NCBI GenBank assembly: GCA_030704615.1
Contig: CM060731.1
Location: forward strand, 2,914,001-2,978,000
DNA length: 64,000 nucleotides
Source of the DNA: Takakia lepidozioides
Lineage: Eukaryota > Plantae > Bryophyta
Direction: 5' to 3'
Shown piece by piece: positions 15,586 through 28,540 of the stretch; position 1 is the first letter of the stretch, and every line of letters starts with the position of its first letter. The position numbers and the translations under genes are program-made. Under the pieces are notes generated by a model. It saw only the letters and a list, made by a program, of their open reading frames with translations. It had not been told where the DNA came from and made no database searches.

Positions 15586-16200
15586 TTGTCCGAGGAGCTC
15601 TATAATTATGAACACAATTCAAATCTGAGCAGGTAGCAGTACTGCATCAAACGTCTCACAGTATTGTCCGAGGTTCCCGCTCTAAGAGGCTATTTATCCC
15701 AGGGGCTCAGTACTGCGATCTCAGAGTCTTGTCCGAGGAATTTCCCACGCTAGGATGCTACCTATCTCAGGGGCTCAGTACTGCGAGCTCAGAGTCTTGT
15801 CCGAGGAATTCCCCACCTAGGATGCTACCTATCTCAGGGGCTCAGTACTGCGATCTCAGAGTCTTGTCCGAGGAATTTCCCGCGCTAGGATGGTATTTAC
15901 CCATTGGCTCAGTACCGCAATCTCCACGTCGTGTCTGAGGAATTCCCCCGCGCTAGCTGGATGCTAGTTATGCAAAGGGTTCAGTAGTACTGCAATCTCC
16001 AAGTCTGGTCCGAAGGTTTCCCGCGCTAGGATGCTATTCATCCCAATGGTACTAGCATGAGATCGATTGACCGAGGAGTTTACTCTAGGTGCTTTTTCAG
16101 AAGGGTTCTATCGTGAGAAGGTCTGTACTGTTCAAAGGGTGTGGCAATCTCCTTAGTCCTGGCGCAAGGAGTTTCCCGCGTTAGGAGTCTATTTAACCCA
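15586..16200. repeat. Degenerate 67-68 bp tandem repeat, about 8 copies
   Basis: Unit ctcagtactgcgatctcagagtcttgtccgaggaatttcccacgctaggatgctacctatctcagggg, with CTCAGTAC starts at 15706, 15774, 15841 and 15908 and decaying copies on both sides. Confidence 0.9.
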
Positions 16201-17777
16201 GGAGCTTGATCCTCGTGAGCATGTCAGTCCAAAGAGTTCAAGTCTTTGATCCTACGATAAATTGGGGGGTGTCACGACCTATAAATGGTTTTATCCCTCT
16301 GGTTTTCCAACAGGAAACCTTCTAAATACTGCTCCACATATCATTATTCTCAAAATGCTTACCCCCATCAAGTCACCAGGAATGAATCAGTATGGATTCA
16401 ATCAACCCAATCAGTTAATGCCATGCACAAATGTTGGGTTCCCACATATGACTTGCATCACATACTCTTATACACATCTGGCAACTGCTGATATGAAGTT
16501 GTCTGCATTTGCAAGAATTAATCAGGATCTCAGTACCTATTGAAAGTGTCATTTACTAGGGGTTTCCTACAGGATTAAAATTGTTTCTCATATTACGACA
16601 TATATGCGGGTTAGGAAACAATTTCCCCATAGCCTATCGAACCAAATATTATTGCTTATGCTAGTGCCAAGTGCAAATGCTTGACTGGACTGTGGATTGA
16701 AGGAGGACAATGCAAGTTGGATACCAACGTCACCACTAAGATATCAATCATGGAGACCATGGGTACCACTCCATTCGGACACCACAAGACTAGGCGAGAA
16801 GCTGTGGCAAGTTGGCCATTCCAGGCTGGATCAAGTTTTTATGCTGAGCAATTTACAACCAAAGCATTTTGCACAGTCAGGCAGTGGTGACTTTTCAGAT
16901 GCTTTCCAGAGACTACATAGCATGCAAACTTGTGGAATTTCTTTCAGAAGCCAGTAGTGGACAACAACCATTGGTAACTGTTTTCCAAACACCCAGAAAG
17001 GTCCGGTTGCCCCACCAAGTCCGGTTAGTGGACTAAAAGATAGCAAGTGTCTTGACTAAGAAATAGCCTCTTCAACAGGTAAAAAAGGGCCCACAGAACA
17101 ATAAGTTTGACACTCACAAGATCCAAGCCTGGCAAGGTGTGATACTTTAAACACTATTCATGATCGGTGTTTGTTAGACATGAGCCTTGCCTCTCTTTGA
17201 CATCACACTCGTTGAGCCAAAAAGGTCTTAGAAAACCCATGCAACAAAATTAGCCAGAGAAAGTCTCTCCAAACCAGATACTGGTTTTCAATCCAATTAC
17301 ATTAAAAGTTTGATCGAGACTACACCTCAGTTGAGAAATACATCTTCTATTTGAATTGGAGTGACCGGATATGACTCCACAATCACACCAAATCAGAAAT
17401 TGTTAGTACAAACAGCACGATGAGACAGTTGGAACAGATGGACCAAAAATTCCAGTAGGACTTCAAGAATCCATGATCCCAGAAGCTTTTGAAACCATGT
17501 AAAGTTTGATCATCTGGACACAGACCTCATACTTCTGAATGACCTAAAAATACAACAGCACCCCCACCCCAATATTTCGAGGTCATTTCCAGGGTTGCAG
17601 CCTCCGAAATGCCTGCGTGAATCGGAGAGTGCTTGTTGCAACACAGCAGCATCATAGTAACAGCTGACAATCATATGGCATCCAAGCAAGCAGTCACAAA
17701 ACCCTAAATTCATGTTCTCTAAAGCATGCATCTGCCTGCAACCACATTGACGAATTTAAATGGAGAAGCTTAACTCA

Positions 17778-18280
17778 AAGGCAAAACCCAGGACCTGAAG
17801 TGACATGCAACATAGAACCACTACATGGAAGCTTCCCACCCCACGGTCACGAGACAGTTACACATACCCATGCTTGCATTCACAGGATCAAAAACACCTA
17901 ACACATGCTTACAGATGACAGCACAACAAAAAGACAACAAGACAATGACTAACTATTATGAGAAGGCAAAACCCATGACGTAACCTGACATGCAACAAGG
18001 GACCACCACACAGAAAATGCCCAATAGACAGCTAGACACACCCATGCTTGCATTGTACAGGTTCAAGAAACACCTAACACATGCTTAAGTATGACAGCAA
18101 AACACAAAGACAACAAGACTGGCTAACTATTAAAAGGCAAAACCCAGGACCTAACCTGACATGCAACATAGAACCACCAAACAGAAGCTCTCCAAACCCA
18201 TGGTCAATAGACAGCTGAACACTCCCATGCTTGCATTCACAGGTTCCAAAAACACCTAACACATGCTTACGAATGACAGC
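17778..18280. repeat. Three tandem copies of a ~170-185 bp unit downstream of RAN
   Basis: aaggcaaaaccca..acctg..tgacatgcaaca...cccatgcttgcatt...aacacctaacacatgctta recurs at about 17778, 17962 and 18133. Confidence 0.85.
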
Positions 18281-18477
18281 ATCCAATCATCACACTGTTG
18301 GAGAAGAACTTGTGCCAACAATGCGAAACAAAAAGGACCTACCCCATCCTCAGCCAGCCAACCAGCATAGGTTGGAATTATCAGGGGCACAATTATAAGT
18401 ATCTCATTAACTATGGCTCCCCTATATGCACGGATCAAACTTAAGCAAGGGACGACATGGCAAACAATCTAAAAGAC

Positions 18478-20524
18478 CTAGCTATCAAAAGCCTCCTCAT
18501 CATCGTCAGGCAAAGGTTGTGCAGCAGCAGCTTGTAATTCCGCCTCATACCTGCCATACCAACCAAGTGAACATCAAAATTAGGGCACCCAACGCAGTAA
18601 CTCTGACCTGACACTCTCAGTACTAACAAAGCTACACTTAGAAGGACATTTGATTTGGACCCGTTGGATTAGCTAGCTGGAGCAGCGAAACTTACTGTTG
18701 CTGGGCGGCAATGTCAATTTGAACCTCTGGGGGTGCTAGAGCAGGAGACTCCACAAAATGCAAGTTCACATCCCTGCAGAAGAGGCACAAGCGTAAGTAA
18801 ATAAACAAGGAGTTAAAATGTAAGACAAGTGTTTGACGGCACAACCAGCCTGCATAATGAACCCACACCTTCCACATCGTAAGAACCAAAGTAAGTAATA
18901 TCCTCTAAACCAGACTAATAACCTACCCAGCAAGCTTCCTTGCAAGGTAAAGGAAGGGTTTCTCGAAGTTGTAGTTGCTCTTTGCAGAGATCTCGTAGTA
19001 CTGCAGGTTCTTCTTTCTGTGAAAGGTAACTTGTTTCGCCTTCACCTGCCTGTTCTTCACATCCACCTTGTTGCCACACAGGACAATAGGGATGTTCTCG
19101 CAGACCCTGCACACACGAAGCTCAGACTTGGATTATTGGATCCACTTTGCTTCAGAACTTCAGAGGGTACAGGTTATGCATGGACATAAATGAGACCAGG
19201 TATCAAAGGTCCAAGCCAGTACCTACAAAGATCCCGATGCCATGTAGGAACATTCTTGTAGGTCAGCCGTGCCGTCACATCAAACATGATAATTGCACAC
19301 TGTCCATGGATACTGGTTGACAACCCCACACACCACACATCAACATTCTCAAGTGTCATATGGAAGAGATTCGCCAGAAGTCCTCCTACATCACACCCAC
19401 AGTGACAACCAACTGCAAGACAAGGTCATTCAGGAGAGAAAAAAAACTTACTAGTAGCCATCACGAAGGCCTCCAAATTTCTCTTGACCGGCTGTATCCC
19501 AACAGTAAAACCGAATCCGCCCACAGTTGGTGAAGAAATCCAACGGGTGCACTTCCACACCAATGGTAGCTGCAGACCAAGACTCGGACAGATGAGAAAC
19601 CAGTCTCACAGTTTCCCCTTACATGATTGTGAAGTAACAACACGTCCCGGGTTACCCCCCTTCAACACCTAGGTGATGATTGCAACACAGATAAGTTGCT
19701 CGACAGGTAAACTTCAGAACTTACGTTCATACTTCTTCTCGAATTCACCAGTCAAATGACGCTTCACGAAGGTCGTCTTCCCTGCACAAACGCACCTCCA
19801 CGGACGACGTTAAGAAGGTTGAACACAGGGAGGAGAAAAGCCTTTCGAAAAACAACCCGCTTCAATACATCTTACCCATTCACAGCCTCACCTAATGCCT
19901 CCTGTAAAACGGATTGGTGTTTTCAAACATGCATACAATATAGGTTGCCCGAACAAATACCTGTGCCTCCATCACCAACGATGACGAGCTTAAAGCTTGG
20001 GCAGTTGTCTGGAGTTTGCTGCCCTGGCAGAGCCTGTGCATCAACAGAAACCGAGAGAGATCATCAAAACCATCCACATGCTGTAACTCCTGTCAAAGAA
20101 AGCCTTCAAGAGAAAAAGAAACCAGGACCATTCAAGACCTGCAAGCTGGCAGAAGGACCACACCAGGGCTGAAAACTGGAAGAAAACCACAGTCTGCGTC
20201 CAAATTCAAGAGAAAAGTAACAATGACCTTTCAACCACAAAAAACACCACCCAACAGAGATCGACTACGTCTCTGACCAAACGAGCCCTATCACGCAGAA
20301 GACAGCGAACCGCACAAACACGCACACACAAGACAGAGTGCATCCGCCTACAAGCTTCTCCGAAAAAATCCGTACCACAATGCGTTCACGTCCTACTTCA
20401 CATGACCTATACTACGTCCTCCGGAACAAAAACTGCCAACACGCAGACTCAAATCACGCCCCAAGTTCAGGTAAAAAGCAAGAACCCCCTTCCCATCAGA
20501 GATGCAGCAGATGAAGCGTACCAT
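18478..20524 (-). CDS. RAN: Ran small GTPase, 8 coding exons, the first being the ATG only
   Basis: ATG|GT at 20524-20522, then [24 protein letters not shown]|[19 protein letters not shown]|[39 protein letters not shown]|[15 protein letters not shown]...|[15 protein letters not shown]...[14 protein letters not shown]|...|[22 protein letters not shown]. Confidence 0.97.
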
Positions 20525-21351
20525 GATGCGTGAGCGATTGGAAAAACAAGGTGCGAGCGATGCCTGCGTCGTGTCTCAGACTAGTGCGCGTGCCCTCTTT
20601 CTCTCCCTGGCTCTGCCCAAGACACCGTGTGCCTAAGGGGCGTCGCTCCCTGCATCTGGACCGCTGCTTCGCCAAACGGCGATCTCGTGCCCACCCATTG
20701 GACGGAGGCGTCCGTCCATTGGACGGCGCTTTGAAGGGCCCCCATCGCCGTTGGTGGATGCGCATGCTAGCCGTCGGCTATTCGGGATTCACCTGTTGGT
20801 CAGCGAACCCTAATTTCGGGTTCAGATTTGCAAATTGTTTTTCATGGCTCATAAACTTGGGGGTTAATTTTCCCAGGCCCACTGTGCATTGGGAAATATA
20901 ACCCCTTCAAGACGAGGTTACATTGAAAAAATGTCATTTCTCCTCTTACCTGGGCCTCCGAATTTGAGTCCAGGGTTGCTCCGAAGTGTTTCCAGTAAGG
21001 TCCGCAGTTTGGTCGATTACCATGAAAACCATTCCATTCCCAGCCTCTATCCCCTTTCATTCAAATGTAAGGTTATTTTCTCCATAATAAAGTTTCCAGG
21101 GCTACAATCCCCCTGTTCATTTTATTTTTTTAAAGACCACATATATCACATTAAATTATATATTTTTATACATCATCTCTTCCATTATAGGATATGTACA
21201 TGCTTAGAATTATGCCTTTCATTGGCACTAGTCTTTAGGGTAGGGACTACGCATTAACTTGGCCAAGTGGTACATCACCTTATATCATGGGTTGTTCCCT
21301 AGAACTTGTTGGCCGGAACATGTTGGTATTTTGATTAAGGATCCCCCTTCT

Positions 21352-22440
21352 TCTTTTTTTTTAAGAGAACAGGGGACAGAGGTCCTGCGGAACTTTATTT
21401 AAATGGATAAAAGCATTTACACAAGGAAAAAAATAACCTTGTTGAGGGAGCCATGGAGACCAACAAATGAGGCACTGTTCCGATCTAGAGTTCTCTAAGG
21501 TAGGTCCTATCGAGAAGCTAAGAGACAAAGACGTAATGGGAAAAACTAACAACTTCCCCTCTTCCATTTGCAGGGCTCAAAAGAAAGGTGAATCCTAGGT
21601 CTAGTTTTTCTGAAGCTACTTTTGTGGCGCCAGTTGACCTCTGGCTCCATGCCATCCAGAGGAGGTGTCTTAGTGCTAATTGAACTCCCAGCATGCAGGG
21701 AAGGTGTCGCCCCGATAAATTCGCAATCCGGCAAGTCTAGTGCAGAGGATGCCACCCTTTCCCAAAATCGAGTCAAAACGAGAGAGCAGTTGATGTTGCT
21801 TGTCTTCATAGCTTTGATGAAAAGCTACAACCAACAATCCTCATGCCTTCCTTCAGACTGCAAGTCTGAGTGAGCTCTGTATAACAAAACTCTAAACACC
21901 TGACATAATGCTGTCAAACAGAGAGGAGCACCGGATTTTCCATATGTGCCACAAAACGTGGGCACGGAGCACAGCCCAAACAGGGCAGTCCGACCAGATA
22001 GACCCTTCATACAAATTGAGAAGAGTTCCTTCCCCACGTAGAATGAAATAAGGCAACTTTATCCCAAACCAAGGAGGCAAAAGGGCAGGCAACAAAGATA
22101 TGTTCCATGGTTTCCACAACCGAGGCTGAGCACAAGGGACAAATGGTCAGAGAATCAACAGACATATGAGTAACAGGCAAGATACAATTAGCAACCCTCC
22201 ATAGGAAACCACTAATCTTGGCAGACCGATCTTTTCGCCAGACGTTTTTCCACACATGACCCCATGAAGTCACCACCTGACTTAGATGCCTGCATTTGTG
22301 ACTTAACTTAGCATCAAAGGAAATGGGAGGTTCAACAGAGAGTAACCCATCTTCACAGAGTAGGCAAAAAAAAAATCGTGTTTCTTCGTCATTGAGCTCC
22401 ATTCTCCAGGGTCAAATTGGAGAAGGCTGATAGGAGCAGA
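21352..22440 (-). mobile_element. 5'-truncated, decayed L1-type LINE (zf-RVT region and A-rich 3' end)
   Basis: ORF 22007-22402 contains WKNVW...KISGFLWRVANCILPV...CPLCSASVVETMEHIFVACPFASLVW, the plant L1 zf-RVT signature. An A-rich minus-strand tail lies at about 21352-21362. Confidence 0.8.
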
Positions 22441-22608
22441 AAGGAACCATCTAAAGGAGTTGTCATAGTGCGCGATATTAACAGGAGGGTGGGGATCAAC
22501 TTGGCCATTCGAGAATTGTTTTTTTAAAGAAAATTACCTCAACAATAGTTTTTGAGGGAGGTCAAAAATAATTGTTCATTATGTCAAGTTAAATAAACAC
22601 AGTGTGAA

Positions 22609-22765
22609 ACTAACTAGAATAAAAACTAGTTATTTGTATTTAACACTTGGATTTAGTTCAAGTGTTAAGTCAGGTGTCAAGTTTGAGCTTGACACCTGAA
22701 CCATCTTATCTTCACGAGAGCGTCAGTCGCGCAGCTCATCTCTCTCGAGTTGAGCCTGCGCGACC
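22609..22765. repeat. Cluster of four consecutive short inverted repeats
   Basis: taactag..ctagtta; ttaacacttg..caagtgttaa; tcaggtgtcaag..cttgacacctga; gtcgcgcag..ctgcgcgac. Confidence 0.75.
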
Positions 22766-24052
22766 GAGCTCCTTCACGCTTTAGAATCTGAGTGTGCGTA
22801 TGTAGGGGTATAGGTTGATGTGGGGTGGAGTCCCCATAGCTTCGGGTGCCCTTGGCTCGACTATTATCTTAAAGAGTGATAGCGATGGATTTCATGTTTC
22901 TTGTGTCAAGGGTGTGTTCTTTAGCTTTCTTATCACTCGAGAGAGATGAGCTGTCTAGTTTTCTAGTGCTAAGCTAGATATGATGTTTTCTGTTCTTAAG
23001 CACTATTATAATATAGCTTGGTCACAGGGAGCCTGCAGTCAAACTGGCTATGTGTGCCGAGTGGAGCAGTACAGGAAGGCGGAAACCATTTGAAGTGTTG
23101 CTGCAACAGTTCAAAGCCAACAATAATCCGCCTAGGAGACAAGGAGGCATGTCGTGCTCAGTTTATGAGGGCACTCGTGCTGCAGCGCGAGAAAGACCAT
23201 TGGTCGGAATCCCCCGTTTGGGCTAGCTGGGCTTGATTTATATTGGCGACTTGGAGGCGCTCCAGAGTTTCGTTGGCAGTGGGTGCTGAGCCGTTCAGGC
23301 TATTCGTGTGTGGCTTGAACCTCACCAGCCTGCCTAGCACCTGTGTGAGGGGGCTTGTTACACCACTGCGTGTATATGCTGGGATTCTTGCAGGGCCTGG
23401 CTTGTACACGTTCATGATTTCGAACTCGTCCCGTGGTCTGCCAATACTACCGTCTAGCTCTCGGTTCGATCATATTCCGTCGGAAGACATTGACCGTGAT
23501 GACACTTACAATCATAGTCAGGAAAGCATCCGTTGGGAGGATAACCGAGGAGTGTAAGTGGATCTCTGAGCCTTTGCGAAGGTAAACTGCGCTGCATGGT
23601 TGGTCGCTGATGCAAATCTGGCTTTAGACTGCTGCTTCCGTTGGGATTGAGGCTCCTGGACTCTAACCAGAGGAGCCTCAACGGGAAACGGATCAGGAAA
23701 GTGCAAAGGTAGTAGAGTCGTCGTTTTAACTTCCTGGGGTTGTGCATGTCCCTTGTGGAGACGCTGGCAGAATTGAAACTTAACACACAAGCTAGGTTCA
23801 AGCGGGTACGTGCCTGTGAGCAGTGCTGCGGGGCCCTTATGCCGAGTTATTCACGCTGGTGGTGTTTCTACTAGTAGGGAGTTATTCTAGCTAACTTCGA
23901 GCTATATTGCCTCAGTCCCGTCATGCTCATTATGTCTATCATAGTGCACCGTGGCCTTACGTTGTCACAGGAAGACAAATCTAGCTATGAACCCTGGACC
24001 TTGCAAAGTTCTCACACCCTACCAGGAGTGGAACAAAGAAAGTGCTCGAGAG

Positions 24053-24245
24053 ATCCCCATTGAGAAATTGAAGGTTATCGGTTCCTTGGACAACTGGGCG
24101 CAAGAGAATTCGCTACCCCTTTTGAAGCCCGTAGACAAAGTGTTGGCAACCCCAGGACTTCCTTCCTGAAGCTTCATCGGAAAGTTTCTTTGATGAGGTA
24201 ACGGAGCTCCGAGCCCGGGCCAGGGAACTGCCTGATGACTATGTG
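24053..24245 (+). pseudogene. Stearoyl-ACP (acyl-ACP) desaturase fragment with a 1-nt frameshift
   Basis: [29 protein letters not shown]/(+1)[34 protein letters not shown] matches the N-terminal part of plant FAB2/SAD proteins. Homology stops abruptly at about 24245. Confidence 0.85.
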
Positions 24246-27200
24246 ATGTGGCGTTACAGAGAGGCCAGATACTGGGCCCACTTTGGTACCCTTGGGTAAT
24301 TGATAAGGTGATAGGAGCTGACCTTCTCGCCCGTCAGGTCTCGTAGCAGGGAAGAAGGGCTGAAGGAACTCGTCATGCTCTAATTGGCCAATGCTCCAAG
24401 TGTGTGGAAATCAGACCAGTTGCAGATCACATAGATTACTCAACTGCACGATTTTTGGAGGAACAAATGACCTACAGATACGGCACACAAAAGGTCACAT
24501 CAACAGATCAAGGCTGAGAGTGGATTAAGTGTGAGTTTCGGAGATATATGAGCGATTCAGGAGGAAACAAGAGCAGTCGTCCCCATACTGGTCACAGAGC
24601 AACGGACGGATTGGATGCGTGATCAATCATTGAAATCAAGCATCAAAGTAATCAGTGGAAGAAAGGGTGGAGAGTGTAACAGAGACCTCAAGCATGGTCT
24701 GGCAATCGAGTTGAAGTGCAGGCTGCCACCAATCTCCCTCCATGCGAGCTGGAACTTACAGGAAACGACCTGAGAGTCAGCAATGATAAGTACATGGGAC
24801 GGATAACTGAACAAATGCAGCTGAGGGATGACGAAGCGGCAACGCGGTCCATCATGGAGAAGAAGCCGATTGGAGTTTAACAAATCGAGCTGCTCCATGG
24901 TAATGGCGAGGCGACCCCAAAACAGCATAGAACTACTTGTTCGGAACCCGTAGATAACCTGGGAACAGTTTTTAATGGTGAGAACGTTTTGGTGTTAAAA
25001 AATAAAAAATAAAAAAAAGCCTTTTTGATCCAATTTAAATGTTTAAAGAGCCTGGTTGGTCATATCTTTGTCAAATGGGCTCTGTTTGACTCAGTTTTTG
25101 AGGGCATAGCTGCAGAAAGGGGAAATCTACCTATCTCGACCTGGTTTTAATTTTTGGGACTCTGCTAAAAATCTATGGAATTTTTAGAGTGTGAGTGTGC
25201 CGTGAAAGACCCACAATTCTATTTCTAGAACCTGTTCTGGTCTATATGAGAGACAAATCTGTGGATGTCCTCCTTGTATGGCTAGGGGAAATGAGGACGT
25301 AATTGAAGGGCAGGTCTCTTCTCTTAGACTGTGCACACAAGGGGACATGATTTATGCTTCCCAAGGAACTCAGACTGATTTGAGTGGAGAACAGTTGGAC
25401 GAGTTGATTGCATACTGGGAGTCAGGCATTAGCAGTAGACAACAAACTGCTGTAGTTGGCGTTGAGGGCCTCAATATCGCTTTGGACAGTCAGAACTCTG
25501 TTGGAGCCAGCAGTTCTGCAGCTGTAGGTGAAATACCAAAGTGGGTGAAAGCTAGGCTTGGAACACAACCAAAGACAGCCCCGGGTACCAAGGTGTTCAG
25601 CCACAAGGCCGTGGTGTAATGGAGCAGAGGAGCAGGAGCTACACAAGTTTGTGCAATCAGACATGGTTGCAGCCGGACACGCTCTGCACAAGGCAATCAC
25701 GAGCGGGGGTTCATTAGCAATGACAAATTTGTTTTGCTTGAAGGGGATGCAGTCATCCGCAATGAGGACACCCGCAATCGTCTCAAAGCTTTCGAGTTGA
25801 GAGACTATCAGACCCTACCTTTGTTTTCTTTAGTGTTCAGTGAGCGGGAGATAGGGGAGTATTGCTTTGTCTCTACCTGGCAAAAAGAGGAGGAGGGTTG
25901 GTTAGAGCGAACTACTGTAGCTTGGGACAAGGTTAGTGGCAGGTTTCTGGACATAGATATACCGCCTACACCTTACCATCATGAAGAGCGAGGCACTTTG
26001 AGAGAAGTCTGGCAGTTGATAGCATAGATCAGGATTAGATCTTGCTTGGTCGGGCTTCTATTCTTCTCCTCCATCTCTGTACTATTTTCATTATCTTGTA
26101 CTTGTAGTTGCCAAAGCCTCTCTTGGTGGAGGCCAGTCAGTCCGGGGTTTTGGGCTGGGATATTCTGCAGGATCAGCATTGCAGATGGATTTTGGTGTGG
26201 GGGTGTTGATGTTTTGATTTCTTGTGTTTGGATCCTCCCCAACACCTGCATGCTTGACTGTGCGCCATGTTGGTTTTGTGTGGGCGCTTGCTTTCATAGG
26301 GATTAGGCCGGATTTGATCACCGGTCAATCCTAGAGTATGCTGTCGGTGGTGAGGCTGGAGTGATGACCAGCAAGACCACCAGTGTCTCTTCTATGGTGA
26401 GACTGGGTTGATGACCAGCCAACCATAGGAGTTCTTGCGGTGGATGCAGGTGCAGGTGCCCTGAGCCACTGGGATATGACCCTTAAATTGCAACATGTAC
26501 CTACCCGTGTCACTTTTAGAATTAGTATTAGAGCCTTATAGTGTCACGAGACGAGGTGTTCGTTTCAGACCACCTTCACCTCCACCCTCAACTAGTGCAG
26601 AGTCAGACACAGACTCGGAGGCTTCATCAATAGGTGTGCAGTTTCATTCGCCAGTGTTGTGGGACGACATGGAGGAGATGTATGGAGCTACCAAGGGGCC
26701 TCGTAGGTACTCTGGAGCTGTGGGCACAATTGAGTTGGATGACTTTATCCAGGAATTCGACAGCTGGTGTGATTTGCAACAGATGCGCAATCCACAGCTA
26801 TTCACCCCATTCATGGCGTGGAATAAACTGTTCCAGCATTTGGAAGGCCCGCCTATTGACGATTACCACGAGTTCAGGCGAGGACATGAAGCAGAGATTG
26901 AGGAGTGGAGGATGTATTGGTCACCTGACTACGTCTCCATTACTCGAGGCACGACGCGACCAGTAGCTGCATCAGTACCAATATCTCCCACTGCCAGCAC
27001 TAGTAGTGGAACAAGTAGTGCTGGTACTTCTGAAGGTGGTACCAGTTCAAAAGGTGCTACTACTCCTCCTGCCACGACTACAACACATGTGCCTAGATTC
27101 AACCCGGTGGTGGAGTTCTTCCAGGAGTTGCGGAGGAACTACCAAGGTGTACGGACAGAAAAGCTGCGAAGTTTGCAAGACTTCCAGCGCAAACCCAATG

Positions 27201-28540
27201 AGAGCCTGCGAGAGGCGTACACTCGTATGAGGCGCTTGATAAGTGTGACCCAAGGGGTTACTGAAGCTCAGGCAATCCAGTTCTGGTATGGAATTTTGGA
27301 CAAAGAGCTCAAGAGAAAGGTGCGGGATACAACCCTGTTACAAGCAGCCCAACCCACATTAGCAAATGTGTTTCTGCTGGCTGAGCGGATTGAGCTCAAC
27401 ATAGTGGAGGAGCGAGTTGTTACCCTTGGATTTGGCAAAGACATGCCTGCACGAGGCGCAGCTGCCAGCCCACAGGCACAAGGGACTGCCCAACAGCGTG
27501 GTCAGGGGGGCAAGGTTTCCAAACCCAAGCTCCATGGAGCTTACTGGGGACCTCAGGTGCAGAGGCCCGTGGCATCTTTTGCAGGCCAACAGCAACCAGG
27601 GGTGATATGTTGGACATGTGGAGGACCCCATGTCAAGAGAGATTGCCCAGAGAGTGGCAAAAGGCCGGCACAAGCACAGCCTGCACAGTTGCAGTGTGGG
27701 CATTGTGGCAAGTATGGGCATGGAGATGCCCAGTGTTATGACTTGCATCCTGAGTTGCGCCCAGGCCAGTTCCAAGGGAACAATGGTGGCCGGGGGCGAG
27801 GTGGACCAGCCCAGAGAGGACGAGGTGGTCGGGCACGAGGTGCAGGCCAAAGGCAAGCTCAACATGGCCAAGGACGCGAAGGTCAGGGTGTTGACCAAGG
27901 CATGGCCAACCGGCTTCAGCAACTAGAGCAAAGGCTCGCTGCCATGGCTACAGCTCAGGCGGTACCGGCTCCCAGGCGGGATGGTCCACCTCCTGCGCCT
28001 GAGGGAGGAGATATGGGAGGCATAGGATTCATGTGCGGAGCAGCACTACCACTAGTGCAGGTGGAGTCTGCTGCAGCCGTGACTCGAGGAGCAGCATGAG
28101 TTCCTGAGCCATGAGGTGCAGAGGTGGAATTGGATCCACAGCGTGGGGAGGCAAGCCGTCAGGCGAGGCTTCCTCAGTCATTCACATTGGCGGAGAATGT
28201 GTCGACGCCATCCATGGCACCTAGTTCTCGCCCGACTGTTACCGAGGCGGAGGTTACTATGCCATTGGGGAGAGCTACACGTGCAGCACTGACACCTGCT
28301 ACCAAGGCTAGTGCAGCCGGTGTGTTATTGGGGGCAGCCACCTCTTTGTGTCAAGCCCCACTTTTCTCGGCAACCATGATTGCGACGCCGGGGGTAAGAC
28401 CAGCTGCAGTGTTAAGACTAGCAGCAACACTCTGTGAGAGTGGGGAGGTCACTTCATCTTCTGCGGAGTTAGTGGAAGGTGTAGTGTCAGGGGGATCCTC
28501 GGATTTGAGGGTCAAGACTGCCACGGCTGCGCCCTGGCAA
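24244..28540 (+). mobile_element. Ty3/gypsy LTR retrotransposon, 5' part only (putative LTR ~24244-24967, extra ORF, gag)
   Basis: A TG start falls where SAD homology ends, and ...GGGAACA followed by TTTTTAATGG at about 24967 resembles an LTR/PBS junction. A gag ORF follows. LTR limits are inferred because no second LTR is visible. Confidence 0.55.
26495..28540 (+). pseudogene. gag: Retrotransposon gag with capsid-like region and two CCHC zinc knuckles; interrupted before the protease
   Basis: LRSLQDFQRKPNESLREAYTRMRRL (gag major-homology-like region), CWTCGGPHVKRDC and CGHCGKYGHGDAQC, then AVTRG. Two in-frame TGA stops at about 28097-28114; the frame continues to 28540, where unrelated sequence begins. 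Confidence 0.85.

Noticed and set aside
15586-16200. CRISPR-like or tRNA array
   Set aside because: Whole units repeat with no unique spacers and no cloverleaf is evident, so it is an ordinary minisatellite.
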